Of a stretch of DNA of 64,000 nucleotides, positions 31,021 through 46,855 are shown one piece after another (within the stretch, counting starts at the first letter, position 1; the number at the start of each line of letters is the position of its first letter). The notes below the pieces were generated by a model. That model did not search any database and was not told where the DNA came from. It worked only from the letters and a program-made list of their open reading frames with translations. The translations under genes were made by a program, and so were the position numbers. The DNA comes from the human T2T-CHM13v2.0 reference genome, Homo sapiens. The DNA lies in the NCBI RefSeq assembly GCF_009914755.1, contig NC_060927.1, one strand, 5' to 3'.

Positions 31021-33104
31021 GAGAAAAAGGGTTTTATGCGAGCACAGAGGACTAATATCCTGGAAGTAACATTGGAAAATGGGGAGGATACCAATGTTAC
31101 TAAAAATAAGCATCCATTCCAGAGTTGTTATGGAGAAGTTGTGCTTGAGCAAAAGTGAGACTCAAGTTGAGCACAGAAAATGACTCAATTAGTAGGGCAG
31201 GTAGTCTTTTATCCACTATGGAATGGAAATTTCAGAAGGCACGGTGGAAGGATTTGGGCAAAGGAGGCATATCTGATGGTACAGCAAGTCGAGGAAGAGG
31301 AAGCAGAAAGCGAAAAGAGATGATACTGCTGAGAAAGGACAGACAACAAAAAGAGTTCTGTTTGAGGCATATCAAGCTTTCAGGAGCTAGGGTCCGGAAT
31401 GAGTAGGCAGCAGCCTGCCTTGATCGTAGTTTGATGATTCAGGTCAAGACCAGGCCATGGGATGAATGAACTCTCAGGCCCTCAATACAGGAAGCAATGG
31501 CAATCTCTGGAGGATGGGAGGACTTTTCCGAACTGGATAGCTGCCAGCCCCGTTCTGGAATCCCATCTCATCCATAGCCCACATATAGCTATGTTTCCTT
31601 GGGTCTCCACTGAGACAAGCCATGGCTATAACTGGATTGGGCAATAATGTTTTTATCATCTCCATCTCATCCTCTATTGCACTCTCCATAGCACCTACTC
31701 CTGACTTTCTTTTTCACTTCACTACCTCTTGGTACACTGCCTGGAGGAAGGACTCAACAAGGCTTTACAAAATCTGTTCCCTCCCCTTCTCCATCCTATT
31801 TCCTTTAAATACTATGCTCTAACCAGGTAAGATCAGCTACTAGATCTTACTCGAACAAACCTGGGATTTCCTGTCCCTCTGTGACCGCATATTACTCTCT
31901 GTGTGTACTGCCTCTTGCCCCATTTCCCAACACCATAAGTCTAAATGCTACTTCTGCACCCACCTCAAATATCCTCTTTTTCAGAAGTCTTCCCCTGAGC
32001 CCCAACTAGGAAAACGTCAGCTTTTTCTGGACCTATTTTATGGTACAGAGGTCTTTCTGATCTGTTTTGCGTTTTTTGATATACATGTGGCAGCTTGTCT
32101 GGTCCATTTTAACTCTCTCCTCCCCTGCCTCAGCCACCTTCAACGACCCTGCTGATGGCCCACCCATCCAACATCTGCATCTCCTTCCATCTTGCCTTCT
32201 CTACCTCCACAGCGTTTCTGCCACCCCCTGGTTCCCTCAGTCACACCCTCATGGATAAGTGGTCCTCTTCCTGGATGGCAGACCTTGTGTCCCCCTCACT
32301 CTGCCCTCAGCCACCTTTTGTTCACCTTTGATTCACGCCTGATCAGCTTCACTGAGAGCATCAATCCCTCTGTCCTATGTATTGTTCAAGGTGTCAGACA
32401 CTTCCTGGCTTCACTTCCTTGTCTTCTGGACCCAACCCCACATGGGTCATTTCAAAGATATTCATGTAAGCACCCTCTGTGGATCTTAACCTTCTGTCCT
32501 CCAGACCACATGCCTTATCGGGGCCCAACTCCAGCTGGACTTTCTCTCTGTTCCTGTTCCCATCCTGCGGTTCTCACTGAAGGGCTCTCCGGAGCGTGGC
32601 TTTTGATGCCCTGACAAAGGTTGTGCTCCATCCTCAGGCAGGATCCCCTCAGAGCCCCACCATTATTCTTGTCTCTTCATGGCTTCATTTCCCACTCCCC
32701 ACAATGACTCAGCTACATATTTTCCCCTCTCAAATCCTAATCACACCTCCACATCTCAACCCTCAACAGATGAATCTCCCAGCTTCCAAAGAAAATAAAA
32801 GCTATTAGGTAAAAATTCCCTCCAATACATCTCTGAAGTCACCCACTCTCACCTCCTTCTCTCTGGCTCAGAGGAAGTATCTTTCTCCTCTGTTACGTTG
32901 GCTACTCCTCCCACCCTCACCTTCCCTGACCACTTCACCCTTCCCAGCATCCCTTCCACCTACACCAGCGTCACCCTTTCCACTGACCACACTCTCAGAT
33001 GACACCCATGCTAAATGATCACTCTCCTCTGATTCTACGTTCCTCTCAAGCCATTTCCCTATTTCCCCCTTTGTTTTACTACCAATCCTCCTTTTAAAAA
33101 ACAT

Positions 33105-33545
33105 TTATTCCATGGTGTATATGTGCCACATTTTCTTAATCCAGTCTATCATTGTTGGACATTTGGGTTGGTTCCAAGTCTTTGCTATTGTGAATAGTGC
33201 CGCAATAAACATACGTGTGCATGTGTCTTTATAGCAGCATGATTTATAATCCTTTGGGTATATACCCAACATATACACCGTGGAATACTATGCAGCCATA
33301 AAAAATGATGAGTTCATGTCCTTTGTAGGGACATGGATGAAGCTGGAAACCACCATTCTCAGCAAACTATCGCAAGGACAAAAAACCAAACACCGCATGT
33401 TCTCACTCATAGGTGGGAGTTGAACAATGAGAACACATGGACACAGGAAGGGGAACATCACACACCGGGGACTGTTGTGGGGTGGGGGGAGGGGGGAGGG
33501 ATAAAAAATAAATAAATAAATCTGTATTTCTAAAAAAATAAAATA
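33105..33545 (+). mobile_element. Young L1PA fragment with 5' inversion (antisense 33105-33268, sense 33269-33502) and A-rich tail
   Basis: Reverse-complement ORF2-end sequence joined to sense ACATATACACCGTGGAATACTATGCAGCC...GGGGAGGGATA. Confidence 0.9.
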
Positions 33546-33895
33546 AAATAAAAAACAAAAGCCAAAAAAATTGATTTCTAAAAATTTCTAAATGCGACGT
33601 TTACTAAAAAAAATTATGGAAAACACTGAGAAGTTGAAGGAATGAAAATAAATGCCTCCCACAATCCCATATCTCAAATACAAACACCATTAACATTTTC
33701 CTATATTGCGTTACCTTCCTTCCGCCTCCCACCTGCACCACTGTGCAGGGGTGCTTTATAAAACACAGCGTTGTGTCACGGCAGTGTAGTTTCCATTGCT
33801 GTCCTGCTTTGCAAGTTAACATTACAACTTAAACATTTTCTATGTCACTAAACATCATAAACATCATTTGTGATGGCTAATTGGTATTCATCAAA

Positions 33896-34787
<892 letters not shown>

Positions 34788-35445
34788 TAAATGGAAGTTT
34801 ACTTAACCATTCTCCTGTTGTTGGACATTTAGATGGACACTTTTTCGTGCTTGTAAATGGCATATCAATAAATATTATTATGCATAAAAGCTTTCCTATA
34901 TGTGTGAATACTTTCCAAGGTAGAGTCTCAGAAATATAACTAATATTCCAAAATAATATGAATATCTTACGACTCTTGACATGTATTGTCAAAGTGCTTT
35001 ACAAACAGATTTTGCCAATCTACACTTCCAAAACCTGAGTGTGCCCATCTCACTGAACCTTTGCTATCACTTGGCCTTATCATTTCTCTCCCCCCAAAAT
35101 ACCAACGTATAACTGTCTCAGTTATTAAGAGATAACTTATCATCTCTTCATCACATCTCAATCCATTATACCTTGGTTCATATACACACCAGTGTAGTAA
35201 GATTATTCTGGCAAAGGTCATTGTTGACCTTCTTATTGTCAAAACCTTTGACCCAGTAATTTGTTTTTCCTTCTTATGCTATTTGGTCTCTCGCCAATGT
35301 TTGATGTTATTGCCTACCTCCTACTTGGAACTCTTTCTGCCTCCATCTCTTCCAGTTACCTCTAAAATATTAGGGTTCCTGAGATTTTCACCTTTATTTT
35401 TCTCACTTTATATGCTCCCATTGATAATCTTATCCACTCTTGTAA

Positions 35446-36136
<691 letters not shown>

Positions 36137-37019
36137 TAATGTTTGTTTTCCTTCTATTTATAAACAAGATTTTATGAACAATGGTCTATACTTGCTTGTC
36201 TCCACTTCCTGAACTCCTATTCATTTTTTTTTTCACAGTAATCTGGCTTCTATCCCCACCACTCCTCTGAAACTGCTACCAACAAAGATCACGGGGGAAC
36301 TTCTGGATCAAATGGATACATGTTTAGCCCTTTTTTATTCAAGCTCTCCATGGCATCTGACCCTCTGACCACGCCTTTCCTTTTTGAATGCAATCCTTCC
36401 TGGTCTATGGAGCCTGTCTTTCTTCTCTGCAGCCTTTCAATCTCAGACTCTTTTTCTTTTAGCTCATCTTCCTCTGCTTCCTCCTTAAATATTAGTTTTC
36501 TCAGAGCTCCACCTCATTCTCATCTCATTGCCTTACCTGCCCTCCCAGAATGAGCTCACCCTCTCCCAAGATTTTAGCCTCCACCTCTGGCTAATGATGA
36601 TCTTGCTCATCCCCTTTAAACCTTGAGTCCGTATACCCAACACATATTATGAGTCTCCACTTAGAGATCGCTCAGATTCTTCAAATTTAACAGCCTCAAA
36701 CTCAGGTCCCCATCCCCTCCCCCTTCCAAATCTGCTCTATTCCTGTAATGGTAGCTCAACTCTTTGACTCGGTCAAATAACCTGAAAACTCTGGAGTCAT
36801 TCTTGATCCCTTACCCTTTCTTGCTGCCATATTTTATGAGTCACCAGGTCTTGATTTCCTACATCCTCATTATATCTCGGATCCAGTCCTTCCTCTCTGT
36901 TCCCACTGTCACTTCCATCTTTTCAGCAGTGTCTCCTCTGACAGGATTTTCTCATTCACAACTGTACCACTCAGGGTTCAACCAGGTTTAGCACAACCAG
37001 GGAGGTATTATAGGGAACT

Positions 37020-37181
37020 GGCTTATGCAATTGTGGGGGCTGGATAAACAGTCCCTGTAAGGCTGTCTCTGTATCTGATGCTGGAGCCTGAAGTCCACAG
37101 GGCTTATGCAATTGTGGGGGCTGGATAAACAGTCCCTGTAAGCCTGTCTCTGTATCTGATGCTGGAGCCTGAAGTCCGCAG
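37020..37181 (+). repeat. 81-bp tandem duplication (2 copies, 2 mismatches) inside an old LTR-like relic
   Basis: GGCTTATGCAATTGTGGGGGCTGGATAAACAGTCCC...GAAGTCC(A/G)CAG at 37020-37100 and 37101-37181. Confidence 0.95.
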
Positions 37182-37542
37182 GGCAGGTGTTCAGAAAGAG
37201 AAGATGGATATGACGTAGGGGGAATTGACAGCAGATTGGAACCCACAAGCATGAGCTGAGACCCTACAAGGATGGACCGTCACCCACATCTGTTTTTGTT
37301 GCCTATGGCCTTGGTGATAAGGGTATCCTGAAGAAGCTGGGGCCTTTCATCGCTGCTACCTGGAATGATCTTTCTGAGAATCTAGTTCTTAAAACCTTCA
37401 GTGATTCCCCAGTACTTTTAGTATGCTATGCAAAACATTACAGCACAGAAGACTCTCAGGCTTTTGCCTCACTACTATTCCACGCTTAATCTTGTCATTC
37501 CCTCGCCATGCCTCTTCTCACCTCTTCCCTTCCACTTTCTAG

Positions 37543-37579
<37 letters not shown>

Positions 37580-37593
37580 GTGCACACACACAT
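37543..37593. repeat. (CT)n(CA)n compound microsatellite
   Basis: Read directly from the sequence. Confidence 0.9.
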
Positions 37594-37741
37594 AATATCA
37601 AGCTATAAAGAATTACAGTAGAAAAAAATTTACCCATAATATTTGGGGCCTGGTTTACTCAAAATTAACTATCTTAACTCCAGAAAAAAGAACACTTGAA
37701 CAATTATGTTGTTACCTGCTAAAACATATAGAAGGCAATAA

Positions 37742-39200
<1,459 letters not shown>

Positions 39201-40092
39201 CTAATATGGCAAATTATATCAGAAGCTTTATCATTAATTATTGCCCTTGACCCAGTGATTCCATTTGAGGCATTTGTACTAAGCAAATTATTAAGGATAT
39301 GAACAAAGATCTACTCACAAGAATGTTAATTGCAACATTGTTTATAATAGCAGAGAATTGGAAACAATCTACCTGTCTATCAAAGACAGTTGGCTTGAAG
39401 AACTGACTCACCTGTCAACAGACTATTGTGCAATAATTAAAAATTAAACTGCAGAAGTGGGTTATTTTATATGTCAAGATGGTCAGGATCTATTGTTGGA
39501 TTTTAAAAGCAAGTTACTATATAGTAAGTATACTACTACAGTATTTTTGTATAAAAATGCATGTGACATATGCATACAGGAAAGTCTGGAAGGACATCCA
39601 TCAACTATTAACAGTATGGTCAGATATTTTTGTCTTTTTATTTGCTTTTTAATTTTCTGTAAGGTGCATATCACTTTGGTAATATTCTTCTAATGAGAAA
39701 AAAAGTTTAAATAACTTGTATTGAGTTCTCTAAGCCCTCCACCCAGCTCCATTCATAGTCATAAATACTTTTGGACCAAAAGAAAGAAGAAAACAATGAC
39801 CAATTACGAAGACTTACTGTTGGATGGGCATATATCACATACATGATCTCATTTAGTCCCATAAATATGCATGTTGTCTCCATTTTTACTGATGAGAAAA
39901 CTGAGTGCCAGAGAAAATAAATGGTAGTTGTGCCTGAAGTCACACGGCTAGTAACAGATCTCATCTAGCGGATCTACCCAACTATAAGCTCCAGCCCTTT
40001 CCACTACAGCACACAGCAGAGGGCTCTCCTGAGAGCACCCACCTCTGAGGCCATGGTCAGCACTGAGAAGGGTGAAAATAAATCAGTTCCCA

Positions 40093-40268
40093 GGGTCATT
40101 GTCCTCTGATGTAAGCCCACCAGAGGTCAGGGACCTTTGCGTTAGCAGAAGCTGGGTCGAAGCCACGGGGGTGTATATTGGCTTGTAGTTAATGGATAAC
40201 AATGTATTTGTCTGAGTATTGACCCATGATAAACAACAGCAACCAATATCATGCACTCACTGTAAACA
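40093..40268. promoter_or_regulatory. Candidate hepatocyte enhancer upstream of FETUB
   Basis: IR-1 GGGTCAtTGTCCT (40093-40105), IR-1-like AGGTCAgGGACCT (40124-40136), HNF1-like GTTAATGGATAAC (40188-40200), FOX sites ATAAACA (40229) and TGTAAACA (40261). Confidence 0.55.
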
Positions 40269-41629
40269 CCTGGCCAGAGAGTCTTGGGCTCAACTCCTGG
40301 CTGGATGTGTGGTCTTAGGCAGGTAATTCAATTTCTCAGGATTTTGGTTACATCATTTCAAGAAAGTAGGGTTTGGCCTACTGACTCCCTAGGGACTCTT
40401 CAACCTCTAACACTTTATGATTCTTTGATGAGTTGCAGATATCATGCACTTTTCTCTTTATCCCTAAGTATCTCAGGGTCTAACTTTCTCTTACATAATC
40501 ACCATATAGCTATCAAATTCACAGAAGTTAACATGTATACATTATTACATAATTTGCATTCCATATACAAAATCTGCCAACTACCCCATGATGTTCTTTA
40601 GAGGAATTTTAACTTCTTATCTCAAGAGCCAATCCAGAATCAAACTGATCACATGTTCATTTAGTTATGTAGTCTCTTTAGTCTCCTTCAATCTAGAACA
40701 TTTCTCCAGCCTTTATCTCTCATGAATTGACATTTTGGAAGAGTACAAGCTAGTTGTCTTGCAGAATGCCCTTCAATTGGGTTTGTCTTGTCTTTCCTCA
40801 TAATTAGCGTAGGTTACCTGTCCCCTCTGGAATACCATAAAAGTGATGTTGTGTCCTTCTCAGTGCATCGCATCAGGAAACACATGGTATCTGTCTGGCT
40901 TGTTATTGGTGATGTTGATTTTGATTATTTGGTTAAGGTGATGTCTTCCAGGTTCCTTTGGTATATAATTATAATTTCTCCCTTTACAGTTATTAAGTAA
41001 TCTGTGGGGAGATACTCAGAGACTATGTAGATAACCTCTCCCATTTCAAATATTTACTCCCTAGTTTTAACATATATTGATGATTCTTGCCTGGATTTGT
41101 TACTACAATGATGATTGCAGAATGGTGATTTTTCTAACTATCATCTCTTCTATGTTTAGCAATTGGCATTCTATCATAAGCAACAAAAGCCTATACCTCC
41201 CAACAAAGCCTCATGGGATGAAATGTACGTACCTCACATTTAGCACAGCGCCTGGCATTCAGTAGGCAGGTGGTCGTGTTAATTCCCCTTTCCTTCTTTG
41301 GTCAGGGTATGGGTAGTACTGCTTATGATGGAATTTGGCAATAAAACTACCCATTGGGAGTGACAGCCATAAGAACCAGCAGCACTGGGTGAAGCAGTCC
41401 ATCTACAGGGTTGCTGCACTCTCTGAGTTGGCTTGTAAAGATGTTGATGAGGTAATCTGGGAAGAGCCCAGGTCTGTGCAAAGTGTAGGGCAGCTCCTGC
41501 GAAAAAAGACTGTACCTAATTAAAGCTTAGCCTTCTGCCTATCACCCTGCCTTCAATTCAGGATTTAGGGTGTATGCCTGGCACTGGAATCCAGCTAACC
41601 ACCTGTATTGTTACCAGGTGTTCTGAAGT

Positions 41630-41942
41630 GACAATGCAATCTGTTCGCCAGATATAAAAGGACAATCAGAGAGGAAGAACTTGTCAGCATTTGTCCAGCC
41701 CTGCTGGAGAGCCACTAGGAGAGGCATCAGTCTCCAGTACAAATTAACAAACCGGCTGCTGGCTTATGTATCAGTTGCCTATGCATAGGGTCAGTATACT
41801 CACCCCCAGGCCTGAACAACTCTGGGTCCTCAGGAACCCTGAAGGTGTGACTGGCAAAGCTGAGGCCCTGGCTCGGGAGCTGCTTCCCTGAGAGGACTGC
41901 GCCTACAGCATCCTTGACATCTTTTCATAAACCAGCACAACT
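41630..41942 (+). promoter_or_regulatory. FETUB: Candidate distal FETUB promoter and non-coding first exon
   Basis: TATAAAAG 41653-41660, donor CT|GTGAGT at 41942/41943; matching branch point and acceptor just before the FETUB ATG. Confidence 0.55.
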
Positions 41943-43674
41943 GTGAGTATGAGATATGGCTTGAAGATCCTACCTGCCCCCTTCTTATCTTTTAGAATTT
42001 CTTTGGTGAGGTACTAAGGGCAAACTGCATGCCAGGCACTTAGTGTATAAAATCTCCCCTGGTCTTCACGTCCATCCTGTGGATTAGCTGTAGCCTCAGA
42101 GAATGTGAGAAACACATCCTTGGACAGACCTGATGAGTGGCGGAGCTGGGATTTGAACCCCTGTGCTCTTAGCCATACCGCCATAGGGATTTGTGGAGGA
42201 AATCCCACTTTTGATGCTATAAGGCAGATTTGCCCTAAGAATATTTTTGATTCCGAAAAGTGTTCTCTAAACATTTTGATTTTTTTCCACACATTGTCTA
42301 AATATGGCTGATAAAAGTAAGAGGAAGAGGGAGATTCCAAACATAGGATACTTCAGGAAGGAGTCAAGGAGAAACTGCCACAAGGTAGCCCTGAGGCTAG
42401 CAGGTGGTTTGGGAGCAGCAAATACTATCCCAATGACAGAGGAGACAGCTGCGAAAGTTGCAAGGACATAGAAAGTAAACGACGTGATTTACAGTTTTCG
42501 CCTTTACAGCTCCTGCAGGAAAAGTGAACGCTCTGTTAAATACGCTCCCTGCCTTGTGCCTCAGGCATACTCTGTTCTTCCTTCAAGCTCCAGAGTGAAT
42601 GTTACCCCCTCTAGGAAGCCTGTCTTGACTTCCCCAGTAGAACTAGTTTCTCCCCTTGGTGCGTTCCTAGCATCCACTCCTTGAGGGCAAGAACCATGCC
42701 TTCTTCTCTGAAGCCACATAGGTTGGATGCAAACCCTGGCTGTAAGACCTCAGGCAGGCAATGTAACCTTTCTGTTCCTCAGCCTCCTTATCTGTACAAT
42801 GGGAATAATAGTGGCACCTACAGGCCTCGGTTGGTCATGGGCTTACATGAGAGAAGGAACACAGAGTGTTTAGCACAGGGCTGGGCACACACTGAGAAAT
42901 ATCAGTTTCATATATAGTGCCGGGCTTTGGCAGTGGTTGGAGGAGATGTTCATTCAGTGTTTGTGGAAGGAAGAAAAGATAAAGGGAGGAAAGGGAAGAG
43001 AGAGAGAAACACAGCAACTAGCTGTAGAGACCATCATGTACCAGGCAGCTCCCACCTGGTATTTTGGAGCCATGGCTGCCGTCCAGTTTTGCTAAGTACA
43101 CATCCTGTCCCCTTAGGCCAAGACTTGGTACCTAGATTTCTAATTCCCCAGATGCCTAATCACGTGTGCTGTGTCTCTCTCAGCTCTGCAGCCAACAATG
43201 TCTCACCTGTCTGATCTCTCCCTGTTCTCAAATCAATAATCCTAAGTCACTGCCCTGGATCACACCTGTGTCAGGAGGTGGGCAGGCCAGGGAGCCCCCT
43301 GCCTCTCCCTCCTCACTCAGGGAAAATCAGCCTTGTTTCTCCCAACCTGGTTCACCTGGCGATGCATCCATTCAAGTGTAACCAGAAAAAGGCCACTGGC
43401 AGAGTCACATAAGAATCTGCACCGTGGGAGACAAAGTGAGGACCACAGGGTACAGTCACAGCACTGACAGCTGTCCTTGGACATTGTCTCTGGACGTCCT
43501 GTGCACCAGGGCTGTGCTAAGCACCTTTGCATACTTCCCCTGTGATAAGTCCATATTGCAACCTCAGGAGATGGAGAATCCTGCTACCTTCCTTTTACAT
43601 GGGAGGAGCCTGAGGCTCCCAAGAGCTAGACCTGGGCTGTCTGATAAGGTACCCACATGCAACTCTTGAGCGTC

Positions 43675-43910
43675 TTAACTGTGGCTACTCCAAATTGGGG
43701 TATGCCATAGTGTGAAACAAAGAATGTAAACTGTGCCTTTCATAATTTTTATGTTAATCACATATTGAAATTATAATATTTTGGATTGACAGGTTAAGCA
43801 AAATATTGTTAAAATTAATATCATCTGTTTCTTTTTACTTTTCGAATGCAGATACCAGAAATTTTAAAATTAAATATGTAACTTGCATTGTATTTCTATT
43901 AGACACACTG
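43675..43910. mobile_element. MER3/MER33-like hAT DNA transposon relic
   Basis: TGTGGCTACT...ATTTTAAAATTAAATATGTAACTTGCATTGTATTTCTATTAGACA. Confidence 0.6.
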
Positions 43911-44739
43911 GATTCAACAAAACCTAGATTGATCTATCTCCACAGCCTTGTTCTTCACTCCTGAGCAGAAATTTAACTTCCATGCTGATACTAAAGTTGT
44001 TCCCATATGTGATGGGAACCAAACACAAGTGTACCTGGGTTGGGCTTCTAGGGAAAGAGGAACTCTATTCTCTTTCTACAGGCAGGTGCAACTGTGCATG
44101 TATACATATGCTGGGAGTGCCATTGTTTTATGAATAAGGAAACAAAATGCTGTGTGGCACACCCAGTGTCACAGGCCCTCTTACCGTGCAGTGGAAGAGG
44201 TGGAATTTAAACCCAAGACTGCCTGACACCAAAGGCTGGACTCTTCCCCTGCTTCCTCTCCCAGGGCTCCCATACTCCACAGCCTAGGAGAAGGCCAGCT
44301 CAGGTTGTTTGAGACTGGGTTGAAACCCAGGTGCATAAGTGGTGGTGCACGATTTCCATGTTATTGGATCTTTTTATCTGTTTGAGTCCTGCCTTTTATT
44401 TTAGTTGCACTCATGGCCTTCACCTATATAAGTCTAATATATTCCTCAGGTCCCAGACCATTCTCCTCCTCTTTGTTCTGCATCCTCAGGCCCCAGATCC
44501 TTCTCAACCTCTTTCTGTACGTTGCTCAAGCTCAATGAATGTTTGTCTCCTCACTGGCTGAAGCTAAACCTTTGTTGTGCCCCAGAATCTGAATGTCTGG
44601 TTTCTGTACCCATTTTGCTAGTATCGTTCCTATTTGAAAACAATGCCTACAGCCCACATCCACAGAGCTGGGATCTTTAGATTTGGGTTTTTCAATCAAT
44701 CCTCAAAAACTATTTCTCTCCAGAAATTAATTAGGGCTG

Positions 44740-45010
44740 TGCCTCAGTTAGTTTTATGTAGTTATAACAGAATATCAGAGACCAGGGAATTTATAATGAA
44801 CAGAAATTACTTTGGCTCATGGTTTGGGGGGCTGGGAAGTCTAAGATCGAGGGGCTATACCTGCTGAGAGCCTTCATGCTACATCATAACATGGTGGAAG
44901 GCATCACACAGGTGAAAGGAAGAGAGAAGGGGACCAAACACATCCTTTTATCAGGAACTCACTTTCAAGATAATGGCATATTCCATTCATGAGGGTGGAG
45001 CCCTCATCAG
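44740..45010 (-). mobile_element. MST-family MaLR LTR fragment
   Basis: ATTTATAATGAACAGAAATT...GGCTCATGG...GGGAAGTCTAAGATCGAGG...CCATTCATGAGGGTGGAGCCCTCAT. Confidence 0.65.
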
Positions 45011-46175
45011 GATAGGATAATCCTCTCAGCATTACACAATAGCCACCACTGTGTACCAGCAAGCACACAGAAGGATTCAGCAGTTCCTAAACTTATTTGA
45101 ATGCAGAATCCTTGGACAGGGACAGGAAGGAAGAGAAGGGCTAGGAGTAGGGAGAGAGTTAGGGGGTGGTTACTCACCTCATGGACTAGGGCTTTATAGA
45201 ATGCCCTTCATGATAACCTCTTCTAGAGGCTTCTTTCCCATTTTGTCTCTTTTCTCTCATGACAAACTACTGCTGATATGTGTTTTTTGTTGAAATACAG
45301 TTTTTAAAAGATAATTGTCTTTTGTATGGTCCCAATAGGTAGAACCTTTCTGAATCACAAATAGAAGCTAAAAAAAAAAAAAAAAAAAAGAAGGCAAGAG
45401 TCCCAACCAATGTGTTGCCACCCACCTGCCCTTCAGTATCTTTCTTTTAGCAAGAGTATGGGGCTTTAGTCTCTTAATGAGCTTGCTTCCATACATATGC
45501 ATAAAAGGAAGAATAGGCTTGAAATACAATGTGAGAACTTTTTATATCTCTTTGACTTTTTCCCCTTAAGTAAAGTCATTGTTTAAAAATAACTTAAATG
45601 ATGATAAGTAGAACATTTTCCACCCAGATGGCCAAAGTGCTTAAGGAATCTCAACTGTGCTTCTGGCAGATGACTGTGGGGTTCAACTACCTCCCTGATC
45701 TAACAAGGGCTTTGCACACAGAGTGTCAGCCAGGAAGTCTGAATTCACCAAGCACCACTGGGACATAAGATAACTATTAGAGTGGCCAAGGAGACCTCCA
45801 CAGCAAAGGTGTTAGGGGAGAGGGGGAGAATGGGACAGTCCTCCATATTCCTATTCAGGAGGGGACCTGCAAATCAGAATCTAATCATAAGAGCCTTGAA
45901 CAAATGTTATGATTTCTCAGGAAACAGTTGGGAAACTTAAATTCATTTGTATGTACAGGTGGATATGAGGTTGCTCAAGGGTCTAAGGTTAGAATCATTG
46001 GGAAATGCTATCCAAAGTACTGACTTAGGAAAATCCAAGTTCAGAATTCAAGGTGAACTTGGTTAGCCCTTCCAGTTGTAACAAAACCGCTCAAGTCTGC
46101 CTTAAAGAGCCTTACAAGCCAGCCAGTCCCTGCAGCTCCACAAACTGACCCATCCTGGGCCTTGTTCTCCACAGA

Positions 46176-46400
46176 ATGGGTCTGCTCCTTCCCCTGGCAC
46201 TCTGCATCCTAGTCCTGTGCTGCGGAGCAATGTCTCCACCCCAGCTGGCCCTCAACCCCTCGGCTCTGCTCTCCCGGGGCTGCAATGACTCAGATGTGCT
46301 GGCAGTTGCAGGCTTTGCCCTGCGGGATATTAACAAAGACAGAAAGGATGGCTATGTGCTGAGACTCAACCGAGTGAACGACGCCCAGGAATACAGACGG
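46176..46400 (+). CDS. FETUB: Fetuin-B first coding exon
   Basis: MGLLLPLALCILVLCCGAMSPPQLALNPSALLSRGCNDSDV...DAQEYRR; ends at non-canonical donor CGG|GCAAGT. Confidence 0.96.
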
Positions 46401-46744
46401 GCAAGTAGGGACAGTTCCCACTCTGGGGCAGGGATGTGGGCAAGCTGGAGAGACTGGCCAGGGTGAGGGAACCCAGAGACACCCTGGCAGGTGTTTTCTG
46501 TATTGGAAGCCCTGCCGAGAACTCTCTGTTCTCCTCTGCCAGGGTCAGCAACAACGCACTTATTGTTAGTAAAAACAAGTGTTAACAGTGATCCTACTCT
46601 GACACTTGTGTCAGATTTAATGGTTTACGGGGAATCTTCACAAATATTCTTTGGCTTTGCCATAAAGCAGGGGTTTTTTTGTGTGGTCTTTCTAGGTTTC
46701 TACTTCCTGTGAAATGTATTGCATTTCTCTACCCCTTCCCACAG

Positions 46745-46855
46745 GGTGGCCTGGGATCTCTGTTCTATCTTACACTGGATGTGCTAGAGACTGACTGCCA
46801 TGTGCTCAGAAAGAAGGCATGGCAAGACTGTGGAATGAGGATATTTTTTGAATCA
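46745..46855 (+). CDS. FETUB: Fetuin-B coding exon 2
   Basis: GGLGSLFYLTLDVLETDCHVLRKKAWQDCGMRIFFES; 111 nt. Confidence 0.97.

Noticed and set aside
36971-37252. Minus-strand ORFs with an internal 27-aa repeat
   Set aside because: A by-product of the 81-bp duplication being a multiple of 3; no coding evidence
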